Source: a virus (lineage: Duplodnaviria > Caudoviricetes). From it: a stretch of DNA of 64,000 bases. The notes under the pieces are model-generated. The model ran no database searches, had not been told where the DNA came from, and saw only the letters and a list, made by a program, of their open reading frames with translations. Each line of letters starts with the position of its first letter. The stretch's first letter is position 1. The stretch is taken from IMG/VR virus record IMGVR_UViG_3300003962_000002, positions 1 through 64,000 of that record; one strand, given 5' to 3'. This document shows, one piece after another, positions 44,548 through 53,934 of the stretch. A program made the translations under genes and the position numbers.

Positions 44548-47500
44548 TAGTCGATTCCGTTGTAGATATTGATAACTAAATCATTAAGATCTAATTGAGG
44601 TATTTCCATTTTTCTTAGGTTTATTATGTCATCAGCTATTCTTGATGTTCTGAACGTAAATTGGTCCGTGTTAGTGTTTGGTATAGATCCTACTGTACCT
44701 TTGCCTGCTGCGTTGACGTCTGTGGCCGAGGTTATACTTCCTGCTGAGATGCCTAGAGCTAGAGAGATTTCATTCTCATCGTCGTAGTATCGGCTAGTAA
44801 TGGTGGCTCCGGTTCCTAATACAGGCGTTAGGTTGCTGTCTATTTTTATGCTCTTTGGACCTTCTACAGAAAAGATGGCGTCGTAGGAGGATGGTAGTTG
44901 GTTTGGTCCTGTGGTGGAATTAGACCACGCTGATCCATCAAAACGTGAGATCTCTCCGTCACTATATGTGGGAGATGAGTCGTCGATTGCTATGTGAATA
45001 GAGTCGTTAGCATATACGTGCCCATTAGAACCTACCACGACTGGTAATCCAGAATCTAAGGTCAAACTATCATTTAGATCGTCTACGGCTATAATTGGAA
45101 ACAAAACTCCATCATTATCTTGGAAGAAGTTTCCAGGAACAACTGAGGCCAAGTTTACTACAGCACTATACTGAACAATTCCTGACAAAGAGTTATAAGT
45201 ATATGCTGCTGCGTTGTTATAAACCAGTACACTATCTTGTTGAAGATTGTTATAAGACACATCTCCAGATAGTACTATGTGATACTGAACTCCAGCAACC
45301 AAAGTAGGAGGGGAGGAGAAAGAGAATACCACTCTCTCTGATAATTCAGAAACAGAGGTAACGTTTATCGCATTAGAAACCGCCACAACAGAGGTGATAT
45401 CTGGTAGTCCTGCGCCGTCATCAGCTACTATCCTTGCGGACAAACTGCCTAATATATTACCTTCTCTTCTCAAATTTAAAGTGACAACCGCATACGAATC
45501 CGTAGAAGTTACTTTGAAACCTTGCGAATACTGACTACCTAAGCCAGATCCAGTAAGAATCAATTCACTACTAGTATTAGATTCCGCATAAGCTATTTGC
45601 GGTAACGCTCTATTGTCTACAGCTATGATACTAAAGGCTTGACCGCTAGCGTCCATAAGAATGTTAGCAGAACTAATTCCTTCCAAATCAGGAGAACCAT
45701 TAAGTCGTACTTGTTTATTAGACTGATTAAAAGAGATAAGATCTACGCTAACTCCGATATTACCTATATTATTTTGTAGGTCGCTAATTTGAAAACTATC
45801 GCCAATAGTACCTATTTGAGTAAATTGTGCGCCAATAGAATAGATAGTATTGTGACTGTTATATTGAATGTTAAAAATACTACCATTAAAAACTATCTGA
45901 CTTCCTATCAACTTCTTGACTATTTTATAACTACCCCCACTAACTACTGTCACAGACGCATCGTTAACAGCCGTGATAGAAGTGGTTATAGTATTGCTGT
46001 TGTTATCGACGATTTCCCATATATTTCCAGCGCCGTCCACTAAGTAGTAGTTTCCGTCGGCATATTCTTCAGGAACAAACACTTGAGAGTTGTCGATAAG
46101 AATATTAGCGTTGAGAGCAACGCCTGTTCCAGAAATAATAGACAAGTCAATACTAGAGTCGGTAATACTATCTACTGACAAGTTAGTTGCTGTAGAGTTG
46201 ATCTTTTTAAAGCATTTGAAAGCTTGAAAAGCTGTATCACCATTTCTTATAGATCCGCCAGCATTAACTCCTGCTACTTCATTTACTGGTTGATTTGGTA
46301 ATATGAATAGACTTGAGTTTTCGTTGTCTACAGAGAATATATAAAAATCTGTGTCGTCGTCGCAACCTTGGATCAGGGTTGTTAGAGTGAATCCGGAGTC
46401 GCCTTCGTTGGCGTCCGTTAAAATAGTCTTGTCGCTAGAAGTAACAATTACTACGTTTCCTACTGGAGCCGGGGCGGAGAATTTTGAGTCTCCATCCAAA
46501 ACAGTTCTCAACAAAGAAGCCACAGTATTAGCGTTGTCACCAGTAGTAATAACTACGGGTAATAATCTGCCGCCGCTAGGAGTAGCCGGTGCTACGTCTG
46601 CTCCACGGTCGAACCACACCCTCACTGCGCCGACGGTATCATATAGATCAAAATATTTTCCACCAATAGTAACTGCGGCTGCGCCTTGAGTAACTACTGT
46701 AAAAGTAAAGCTCGTAGGAACTAGGCCGTCAGTAGGATTGGCTCTAGGACCCACCGCAACGTTGGTTATGATTACTTGATTTCCTAGAACTGTGGCGGAA
46801 TATTCGCTATCCCCATCCACTACTGTTTGCAGGGCAGAAGCTACGTCATTGGCAGGATCGTTAGCAGAGATATCAACCTCCAACAAACGTCCTCCCATAG
46901 GAACACTAGGAGCCGTAGAAGTATTATCTATGTCAAACCAAATACGAACAGGACCAGAACTATCTTCTATATCGAAATAAGCTCCAGCTAGAGAATCAGG
47001 ATTAGTTCCTAATACTGTAGTGTTTATTGTGAAGCTTGTAGGAACAGATCCATCAGCCGTATCTGCTACATCCATTTCATTGTCGTGAGTAACAGTAACT
47101 ACGTTAGTTAAAACTGTAGCTGTGAATTCGGAATCAGCATCAAGTGCTGTTTGTAGCGCCGTAGCTACGTCATCAGCAGTATCGTTCGTTGCTATAGACA
47201 CTTCTATGTGTCTGTTAGCTCCGGTGGATGGTTGAGTATTTCCGCTGGCAACATTAAACCACACGCCAACTGGCCCAGCTATATCATAAATAACAAAATA
47301 AGTACCACCCAAATCACCAGCTACGTCAGCCCTAGTGGTAATGGTGGTTTCTTCTTTGGTTCCTTGTTGGTCTGCTAAAGTAGTAACTTTTACTACTTCG
47401 TATTCGCCAATTCCGTCTCCGACAGTCTTAATTTCTATTTGTTCTTCTTGGCCTGGACCATTTCTAAATTTATCTCCAGGTCCCACTCCAGACAAATCCA

Positions 47501-49154
47501 CAGGAAAATCATAAGTAATTTCACCTGTATTAGAATCGTAAGAAAATCCTTCTGGTTTAGAGTTGTCAAAAATAACAATATCCTCAACTTCTTGAACTTC
47601 TCCAGAAGCAGCTAACAACCATTCAGCTTCAGATACTTTAGGGAATATAGTAACGTCATTGTGTTTATAGTCGGTTACCAAACCTTGTACGTTTTTTGCT
47701 ACACGAGGTCTATAAGAAAGTCTTTTTATTTCAAACCGACTAACACCATCAATAGCTTTTATTACTTCGTATACATCCTTTAATAATATTTGTTCAGCAA
47801 AGCCAATACCAGCTTCATCAGAACCTCCAGTAGTTAAGCTGAAGAAGTTCTCCATAGCGGTTTGAATTGATCTACGAACGGTCGTCTTGCTGGCGGTGTC
47901 ATTCAAAAATACTTCTAAAGTAACCAAAGCATCAATGCTATAGGCGTCTAAGATTTGAAACTGTACAGTTACGGTTTTACGACGATCTACAAAATTGTTA
48001 ATTTGTGTCAACAATAAAGTATTATTTGTAATGTTGGATATTCCGGCCCCTTGAGGGACTACGTAGATGTTCAAATCTATACCAGGATCTGTAGTATTCG
48101 CTTCTGTGGATGCTGCAAATACTTCGCTGAAGTTGGTAACGATTAGATCTGAATAGTCGGTTTCTGATACGGCTCTATTTAAGATTCTTAGGCTAGCTGG
48201 GATTAGTTGGCGAAGCTGTTCGATACTTTGTTCATCTGCTCCACCAGAAGCTGGTTCTGGATTAGTTACAGAGCTTACAAAAGGTAATGAATCTTGCAGA
48301 GTGATGGTGCTTGCGGCGATGTTACCTTGTGATCCGCCGCCAGTTCTATAGTTGATGGTGATGACCTCTCCGGACACCAGCTTACGACCAAAGATACCGT
48401 CTCCGAATCTAATAAAAGGGGTTCCGTCTGCTCGTTCATGTAAAGTAAAGACTCTACCGCCCCCACCAACAACGTTCCCAAGAGAATCTTCTACTACAGG
48501 GCTGTCTGTTCCGTTAAAACGAACAAAACTCTCAACCAGAGTATACTCATTTCCTGAAATCTCAACGTAAGGAGTAATATCGGCTAAATTTATATTGTCT
48601 AGGTCTCGAATTACATTAGGGCCTATTAAGTTGAACTCTTCGTTTTGTAGACCTTGTGATACAAAAGTTTCAGACTTAATCTCGCCCTGTAAAGCCGTTC
48701 CTGTATATTGACCTGCGATTCCAGCTACAACAGGAGATGTTAAGTAAAAAGGAACGCCGCTCGTAGACATCAACTTAAATCCACGAGGAATAGTACCGCC
48801 GGAAGTAGTGGTAAAGACTACGTCAACCGAAGCACTAGAAGCTGTAGCTGGAACGAATCCAAACTGAGCAGCAATATTTTTTACATTACTTCTTATGCGA
48901 GCGGTTTGTAAATAAGATTCAGTAGCTTGTACATCCTGATAAAACAACAATAGATCAGCTACATAAGCGACTAATTCAAGCCACGAACGAGAAAATGAAT
49001 CAACATTAAAATTACTCCAGAGTCTATTTCTAGACGTACCTGGACCATAGTTAACCGTAGCAAAGGAAACCAAGGCGTCAGAAACGCTGTCGAAATCCTT
49101 TGATAGGTAGTCTATGCTTTTATTACTTGTGAGAGATGTAATTTCGTTCGCCAT
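44547..49154 (-). CDS. baseplate J / T4 gp6-like wedge protein with large insertions
   Basis: DYLSKDFDS, YLQTARIRSNVKNIAAQFGFVP, RFGDGIFG, GGADEQSIEQLR, RAVSETDY. Confidence 0.9.
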   Translation of the reverse strand: MANEITSLTSNKSIDYLSKDFDSVSDALVSFATVNYGPGTSRNRLWSNFNVDSFSRSWLELVAYVADLLLFYQDVQATESYLQTARIRSNVKNIAAQFGFVPATASSASVDVVFTTTSGGTIPRGFKLMSTSGVPFYLTSPVVAGIAGQYTGTALQGEIKSETFVSQGLQNEEFNLIGPNVIRDLDNINLADITPYVEISGNEYTLVESFVRFNGTDSPVVEDSLGNVVGGGGRVFTLHERADGTPFIRFGDGIFGRKLVSGEVITINYRTGGGSQGNIAASTITLQDSLPFVSSVTNPEPASGGADEQSIEQLRQLIPASLRILNRAVSETDYSDLIVTNFSEVFAASTEANTTDPGIDLNIYVVPQGAGISNITNNTLLLTQINNFVDRRKTVTVQFQILDAYSIDALVTLEVFLNDTASKTTVRRSIQTAMENFFSLTTGGSDEAGIGFAEQILLKDVYEVIKAIDGVSRFEIKRLSYRPRVAKNVQGLVTDYKHNDVTIFPKVSEAEWLLAASGEVQEVEDIVIFDNSKPEGFSYDSNTGEITYDFPVDLSGVGPGDKFRNGPGQEEQIEIKTVGDGIGEYEVVKVTTLADQQGTKEETTITTRADVAGDLGGTYFVIYDIAGPVGVWFNVASGNTQPSTGANRHIEVSIATNDTADDVATALQTALDADSEFTATVLTNVVTVTHDNEMDVADTADGSVPTSFTINTTVLGTNPDSLAGAYFDIEDSSGPVRIWFDIDNTSTAPSVPMGGRLLEVDISANDPANDVASALQTVVDGDSEYSATVLGNQVIITNVAVGPRANPTDGLVPTSFTFTVVTQGAAAVTIGGKYFDLYDTVGAVRVWFDRGADVAPATPSGGRLLPVVITTGDNANTVASLLRTVLDGDSKFSAPAPVGNVVIVTSSDKTILTDANEGDSGFTLTTLIQGCDDDTDFYIFSVDNENSSLFILPNQPVNEVAGVNAGGSIRNGDTAFQAFKCFKKINSTATNLSVDSITDSSIDLSIISGTGVALNANILIDNSQVFVPEEYADGNYYLVDGAGNIWEIVDNNSNTITTSITAVNDASVTVVSGGSYKIVKKLIGSQIVFNGSIFNIQYNSHNTIYSIGAQFTQIGTIGDSFQISDLQNNIGNIGVSVDLISFNQSNKQVRLNGSPDLEGISSANILMDASGQAFSIIAVDNRALPQIAYAESNTSSELILTGSGLGSQYSQGFKVTSTDSYAVVTLNLRREGNILGSLSARIVADDGAGLPDITSVVAVSNAINVTSVSELSERVVFSFSSPPTLVAGVQYHIVLSGDVSYNNLQQDSVLVYNNAAAYTYNSLSGIVQYSAVVNLASVVPGNFFQDNDGVLFPIIAVDDLNDSLTLDSGLPVVVGSNGHVYANDSIHIAIDDSSPTYSDGEISRFDGSAWSNSTTGPNQLPSSYDAIFSVEGPKSIKIDSNLTPVLGTGATITSRYYDDENEISLALGISAGSITSATDVNAAGKGTVGSIPNTNTDQFTFRTSRIADDIINLRKMEIPQLDLNDLVINIYNGID

Positions 49155-49163
49155 CGTAAAACC

Positions 49164-49574
49164 TTATGCAGCCGAAATCTGATTAGAAGTTCTAAGAGGA
49201 AATATCAAATTAGCAGAAGTATCAGTAGCATTAACAATAAATCTGATACTAAATAAAATTAAACCTGTATTTCTATTAACTTGTCCTGTAACAGATGTAA
49301 CAGTAATACGAGGTTCGAACTTACTCAAAGCTGCTCTAATTTCAGAAGCTCCGTTCAAATAAGCTTGATCTATATTTTCCCATATTTGGTTTCTTAGTGC
49401 GCAACCGTAAGTAGGTCTTCCTACTCGCTCTCCAGGAACAGTAAGAAGTAATTGTTGAATATCTTGGAGTAGAAGATCTAAACCTGATATCGGTTCAAAA
49501 TTACCATTAATAGGAAATTTTAAATCGTGTCCTAAGCGCAAAGCAAGAGTGTCTGTTTTGGTAATAATAGCCAT
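49164..49574 (-). CDS. baseplate wedge subunit gp25/GpW-like
   Basis: LLLTVPGERVGRPTYGCAL...ALSKFEPRITV; start at the TAATG overlap. Confidence 0.92.
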   Translation of the reverse strand: MAIITKTDTLALRLGHDLKFPINGNFEPISGLDLLLQDIQQLLLTVPGERVGRPTYGCALRNQIWENIDQAYLNGASEIRAALSKFEPRITVTSVTGQVNRNTGLILFSIRFIVNATDTSANLIFPLRTSNQISAA

Positions 49575-50215
49575 TACGAGATCATTCCTCCTGTTGCTGC
49601 GCCTAACGTCATAGGACCTGCGGCGGCTGGACATGTTCCTATTACGGTATTTGGTAAATAGGTTACTTCTGCGTTCTTCTTTATGTATTTACAAATAGCT
49701 TTGTATACTTTTTCTGCTAGGGCTGGGTCTCCGGTTGGAGGGGAGGCTAATTGTGCCCAAGCTGATCCGTCTAACTCATCCACTGTGCCTTTTTGGCCTG
49801 CGCCCATAACTAAAGGTCCTGGTGATACTGGAGTGGAAGTACAATTACCTGTAATGTTTCCGGGAGCGAAGTTTATTTTAGCTGCTCCAGTTATATAACC
49901 TGTTGAAACTGCTGCCTCTTTTGCTAAAGCTCCGGGATTTGCTGTAGGGAATCCTGACATCATTTCTCCAAGCCACGGCCCAGGAGTTAAGCCTAAGATT
50001 AAGCCGTTTGTTGCTTCTCCTCCAACTAAAGGCGCACCTGCTGCTGTAGTTCCTTTTACAGTTTCAGGTAAATGTGTTGTGGTGGCGGCGGTTATAGTGA
50101 GGATTGCTTTAGCGTAAGCCTCCATTTCTGGAGTAGTTTCAATGGGTTGCCCATCTTTATCCTTAACGTCCAAAGCTTTATTTATCTCTTTAGCTAACTC
50201 TTTATAATCTAACAT
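49574..50215 (-). CDS. baseplate/spike-associated protein with three internal repeats
   Basis: Three units of A/L..AI..YI....V...P.TV.GT.....P...G....G.I; lies between spike and gp25. Confidence 0.65.
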   Translation of the reverse strand: MLDYKELAKEINKALDVKDKDGQPIETTPEMEAYAKAILTITAATTTHLPETVKGTTAAGAPLVGGEATNGLILGLTPGPWLGEMMSGFPTANPGALAKEAAVSTGYITGAAKINFAPGNITGNCTSTPVSPGPLVMGAGQKGTVDELDGSAWAQLASPPTGDPALAEKVYKAICKYIKKNAEVTYLPNTVIGTCPAAAGPMTLGAATGGMIS

Positions 50216-50226
50216 ATCTCACCTAT

Positions 50227-50238
50227 AATATAGTATAC
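50227..50238 (-). promoter_or_regulatory. GTATACWWTATT motif copy (candidate promoter element)
   Basis: Minus strand gtatactatatt in a 37-nt intergenic gap, just before the RBS aggtgag and ATG at 50215. Confidence 0.4.
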
Positions 50239-50252
50239 ACTTTGACAAAGAG

Positions 50253-51107
50253 TTAAGCTTTCATCAGTCCTAATTTTACGGCGATCTCAGCATATTTGGC
50301 TGCCTGTCCAGCTGGACTCCCGAACCCCGCAAATACATCGGTAGATAGTGTTTGAGCAAACTCTTGCATCAACTCTACCAAACCGGCTCCTACGCCCTTT
50401 AATTCCACTTTCCCTGCTGCCGTAATCTGCAACCCACCTACAGGACCCTTCAACTCTATGTCGCCTCCAGAAGCCAAATTTGCCTCTGCTGTAGGCCCTT
50501 TAACAGCTATATTACCTGTAGCATCAATAGAAGCTGAAGCTGTTCCAGTATCTACAGTAAAACCGTCAGTAGTGCTTAAACTTAAACTACTACCTCCAGC
50601 TAAGTTAGCAGAAATACTATCATTTATACCGTCAATAGTCAAAGATAGTCCGTTAGGAAACTCAATTAATATTTGTGATTCTGCTGGGTTACCTTCCAGC
50701 ACATGTAATTTGATCCCTCCTGAGGTGGTAAGTCTAACTCCTTTTTCGAGTTTTGCTGGACCCTTACCATCATCAAATTCGAGAGTGTGTCCGTCTGGAG
50801 TATAAAAACCTCTATTAGTGGGATTTTTACGTTTAAATACTTCTGGTAGATCTACGTCAGAATCTTCTCCTTTTGCAATATTTCCCCAAGCGATAGGGTG
50901 AGAAGAAAATCCACAATCACACTCTACAAAAACCACATCCCCTATTTTGGGAGGATCAAATAGTCCTGGAAGTTTGAGATAATCGACCCATACGGTTTCT
51001 CCTAGCATAGGATGCTTTACTCGCACTCTACCTCTAGCTAAAGGATCAACGTTGTCAATAACGACTCCTTTAGATCGACCTGCATATAAACCGTTTACTT
51101 CAAACAT
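50253..51107 (-). CDS. baseplate central spike (gp5/GpV/VgrG OB-fold plus beta-helix)
   Basis: GVVIDNVDPLARGRVRV, PPKIGDVVFV, TPDGHTLEFDDG, beta-helix repeats GNIAVKG/GDIELKG/GKVELKG. Confidence 0.9.
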   Translation of the reverse strand: MFEVNGLYAGRSKGVVIDNVDPLARGRVRVKHPMLGETVWVDYLKLPGLFDPPKIGDVVFVECDCGFSSHPIAWGNIAKGEDSDVDLPEVFKRKNPTNRGFYTPDGHTLEFDDGKGPAKLEKGVRLTTSGGIKLHVLEGNPAESQILIEFPNGLSLTIDGINDSISANLAGGSSLSLSTTDGFTVDTGTASASIDATGNIAVKGPTAEANLASGGDIELKGPVGGLQITAAGKVELKGVGAGLVELMQEFAQTLSTDVFAGFGSPAGQAAKYAEIAVKLGLMKA

Positions 51108-51109
51108 TT

Positions 51110-52813
51110 TTACCCCAGAATAGTCTTATTATACTCGTCCATAGCAGATCCTTCTGCTAAAGATTTAGGATTAAATCCTGCTCCTATTTTAGAAGGATCT
51201 TTGATAACATCTAGTGCGGAACTTTTAAACAAATTCATATTAGTATCTGATTCTTGGCCTTTTGTTGCTTTTTGTATGTTTACTCCGGTGCCTCCGTAGG
51301 TGGCGTTTCCTAAAGCTAAACCACGACAGTCGTAACCATTAGAGTCTATGGTGTGCGTTATTGTTGTTATGTTGTATTGTCCGGTATATCTTTGTCCTAA
51401 ACCGCTAAATTTAACTACTCCTGGTCGTAATCTAGGAAAACCCATGGCGGTGAAGTCGAGCATTATCAGTTTACCTTGACAACCAGCAACAGCTTTGCTG
51501 TTTTCCAACATAGTTTGTGGGTCGTCAGCTTGAGGAGAATTAATTACTTTTCCAGCAATATATCCGTCATTCTTAGCTACATTGTCGTTCAAAGCTTTGG
51601 CGGAAGGGATAACATTTCCACTAGCTGGATTGGCATCGGCTTGCTGCGCTCCTTCAAAAAACACTGTGGACTCCTGCCCACTAGTACTACTAGCTGCGGT
51701 GCTTTGGCCATTAGCTCCAGTACCTGTTATAGTAGTTCCTGTTGGCGAAGAGAAGTCTGCTTTTATGTTGGCTGTTTTTAAAATAGATCCAGGAGCTTTA
51801 TAATACAACAAAGAATCATTAGGAATGATCGGTTTTTGTTCCCATTCAGAGCGACTTATCATAGCAATAGTATCTTTATTAGTTTTGGGATCTATAAAAG
51901 CTATATAATAAGCTCCGCTACTTTTGGCCACTTCTTTGAAAAACTGATGAAAGCTCTTTCCAGCAGGAATAGTTTTTACGTGATATTTGTCCACTTTTGG
52001 AGACAATAGATTCTCACTTACTATACAACTCATTCCAGCTTTATCACAAATTTGCTTAACAATGTCTTTTGTAGGCATATCTTCAAAAGTATAAACAGGA
52101 GTTCCTGTGGTTTCGTCTAAACCAGATAAAGACTGTTTGTAAAAAGTAATACCTTTTTTTGGAGTAATCTGATCCAAAAAAGAAGTAGAAGGTAAACAAG
52201 TAACCACCAGTTTAGGATGTCCAGACTCAGGAAACTGACTAGTAACTATTTGTATTCTTCCTGAAACTTTTCTAACATTCTCTAAATCTTCTCTATATCC
52301 CCAAGAAACTCGTACCATATTTTTTTCTTCAAACACATATTTCATAGCTCGTTTAGGAGCTACTTCTTTATCGCCTAATTGTTTTTCTGGAGCAGGAGAA
52401 GCAGATCCCAACACTCCAATAGAACTAAGAGTGTCAGATATTAAACCTATTGCCGCTCCAATAGCTTCTGGTATTTGCGGTAAAGAGATAGAGGGTGCGG
52501 CTACTATTTGAGAGAACAACAAATCACACAACATGCCAGAAGAGTTCGGAACTTGAGCATCTGTGTACAAAGAGCTTGAAGAAACTCCATATTTCTGAGA
52601 AAACGGCTCCCTAGAGCCTTCTATAAAAGTTATAGTAATTTGCGTAGAGTGTAGACATTCGGCTAGCGTTTCAGTGATCTCTAACTTCTCTACTAACTTA
52701 TGAAGTGTTGGAGGCAACAAAGTCATATTATTGCCTGCGGCATCACCTACTTCTATTTGAAAGAAGTGAGTCTTAAACTTATCGTATTGAAAGTCTTTTT
52801 GACCTATCGCCAT
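51110..52813 (-). CDS. baseplate hub (gp27/GpD-like)
   Basis: VRVSWGY, GFPRLRPGVVKFSGLGQRYTGQYNITTITHTIDSNGY. Confidence 0.85.
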   Translation of the reverse strand: MAIGQKDFQYDKFKTHFFQIEVGDAAGNNMTLLPPTLHKLVEKLEITETLAECLHSTQITITFIEGSREPFSQKYGVSSSSLYTDAQVPNSSGMLCDLLFSQIVAAPSISLPQIPEAIGAAIGLISDTLSSIGVLGSASPAPEKQLGDKEVAPKRAMKYVFEEKNMVRVSWGYREDLENVRKVSGRIQIVTSQFPESGHPKLVVTCLPSTSFLDQITPKKGITFYKQSLSGLDETTGTPVYTFEDMPTKDIVKQICDKAGMSCIVSENLLSPKVDKYHVKTIPAGKSFHQFFKEVAKSSGAYYIAFIDPKTNKDTIAMISRSEWEQKPIIPNDSLLYYKAPGSILKTANIKADFSSPTGTTITGTGANGQSTAASSTSGQESTVFFEGAQQADANPASGNVIPSAKALNDNVAKNDGYIAGKVINSPQADDPQTMLENSKAVAGCQGKLIMLDFTAMGFPRLRPGVVKFSGLGQRYTGQYNITTITHTIDSNGYDCRGLALGNATYGGTGVNIQKATKGQESDTNMNLFKSSALDVIKDPSKIGAGFNPKSLAEGSAMDEYNKTILG

Positions 52814-52815
52814 TA

Positions 52816-53136
52816 TTACACTCTATTCATTGTTGCTATAGCTTCTAATACTCTGTTTATTTTTGGTACTCTTAGGATTTGGTTTGTTTTTGGGCCGAAT
52901 AATGGATCACTTATGTTGTTATATTCCATCAATACCCACCATAACGCAGGGGTGTTGTATGCTAATTGCGATATCATATCTGGACGTTTGGTTAGATCTT
53001 GAGTAATGGTGATAAAAGTGTCTCCACTATCCTCTTCTAGATTTAGAGGTTGGCGTAGAACGAGGAATTGTTGCTCTTCTCTGGTAAAAGTGATGATGCC
53101 GTTTGTATATCTATTTAAAGGTTTAAAATTTGCCAT
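52816..53136 (-). CDS. LysM-like baseplate protein (tail X/gp53-like)
   Basis: RPDMISQLAYNTPALWWVLMEYNNISDPL...LRVP. Confidence 0.85.
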   Translation of the reverse strand: MANFKPLNRYTNGIITFTREEQQFLVLRQPLNLEEDSGDTFITITQDLTKRPDMISQLAYNTPALWWVLMEYNNISDPLFGPKTNQILRVPKINRVLEAIATMNRV

Positions 53137-53933
53137 TAAAATAGTCCCTTTAACTTACTAGCTATATCTTGTCCAGAGATCGCCGTACTTACTGGATCGT
53201 ATCCAAAATGTCCACGACTAAGAGGAATAATGGGATATTGTAAAAACCTAAAACTACAAGTAGCTTCCATTGGAGTCAGGTTGGGTAGCCATTTTGTAAA
53301 CCTTATCTTAAGATCCACCAACACCCACACGTCAGACTCTAGTCCTAATTGTCCTGTGGGAGTGCTTTCTTTATTTCCTAAAGTCTTACCGGCATAAATA
53401 ACAACCAAAGGAGGACTAGTGTCTATAATACCTTCAGCATAATTAGGGTAGCACAAAGAACGATAATAACTTAATTTATCCACAACACTAAGTTGTTCTC
53501 CTTCACCTTCATTAGAAAAACCACCAAACAAATCTCCCAACGGAGGAACTTTGACTCCCATAAAACTTGAAGCAATACTACCTACCGCATTAACAGCAGT
53601 ATCTATCACTGCGCTAATAGGATCTCTGTTTGCGGGTTTTAAGAAATCTCCGGTGTCTCTAGTAACTAGGGCATCAAAAGTTATTGCTCTAGGTCCGCCG
53701 TGTGCCCAAAATAATGGAGGAAGACTTTGTCCGGGTACAGCATTTGGAATCCAATTAGACACTATAGACTCTTCCATACTCTCTGGATTTAGAAGAAGTA
53801 CGCCAGGCTCTACATATTCAGAAGCTACTTTTCCATCAGCACCAACACGAACAATAGCTACCTTTTCCAACGCACCAGTGTTATTGGCTTTGGAAGGAAA
53901 GGCTAGTTGTCCTGGTTCTAACGGTCTACGCAT
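53136..53933 (-). CDS. tail tube initiator / baseplate-tube protein
   Basis: LNPESMEE..W....PG...P..FW..GG.R.ITF...; position between tape measure and LysM gene. Confidence 0.7.
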   Translation of the reverse strand: MRRPLEPGQLAFPSKANNTGALEKVAIVRVGADGKVASEYVEPGVLLLNPESMEESIVSNWIPNAVPGQSLPPLFWAHGGPRAITFDALVTRDTGDFLKPANRDPISAVIDTAVNAVGSIASSFMGVKVPPLGDLFGGFSNEGEGEQLSVVDKLSYYRSLCYPNYAEGIIDTSPPLVVIYAGKTLGNKESTPTGQLGLESDVWVLVDLKIRFTKWLPNLTPMEATCSFRFLQYPIIPLSRGHFGYDPVSTAISGQDIASKLKGLF

Positions 53934-53934
53934 A

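Noticed and set aside
50242-50247. TTGACA and nearby TATAAT (50224-50229) as a sigma70 promoter
   Set aside because: The elements are in the wrong order on the + strand and not correctly spaced on the - strand.
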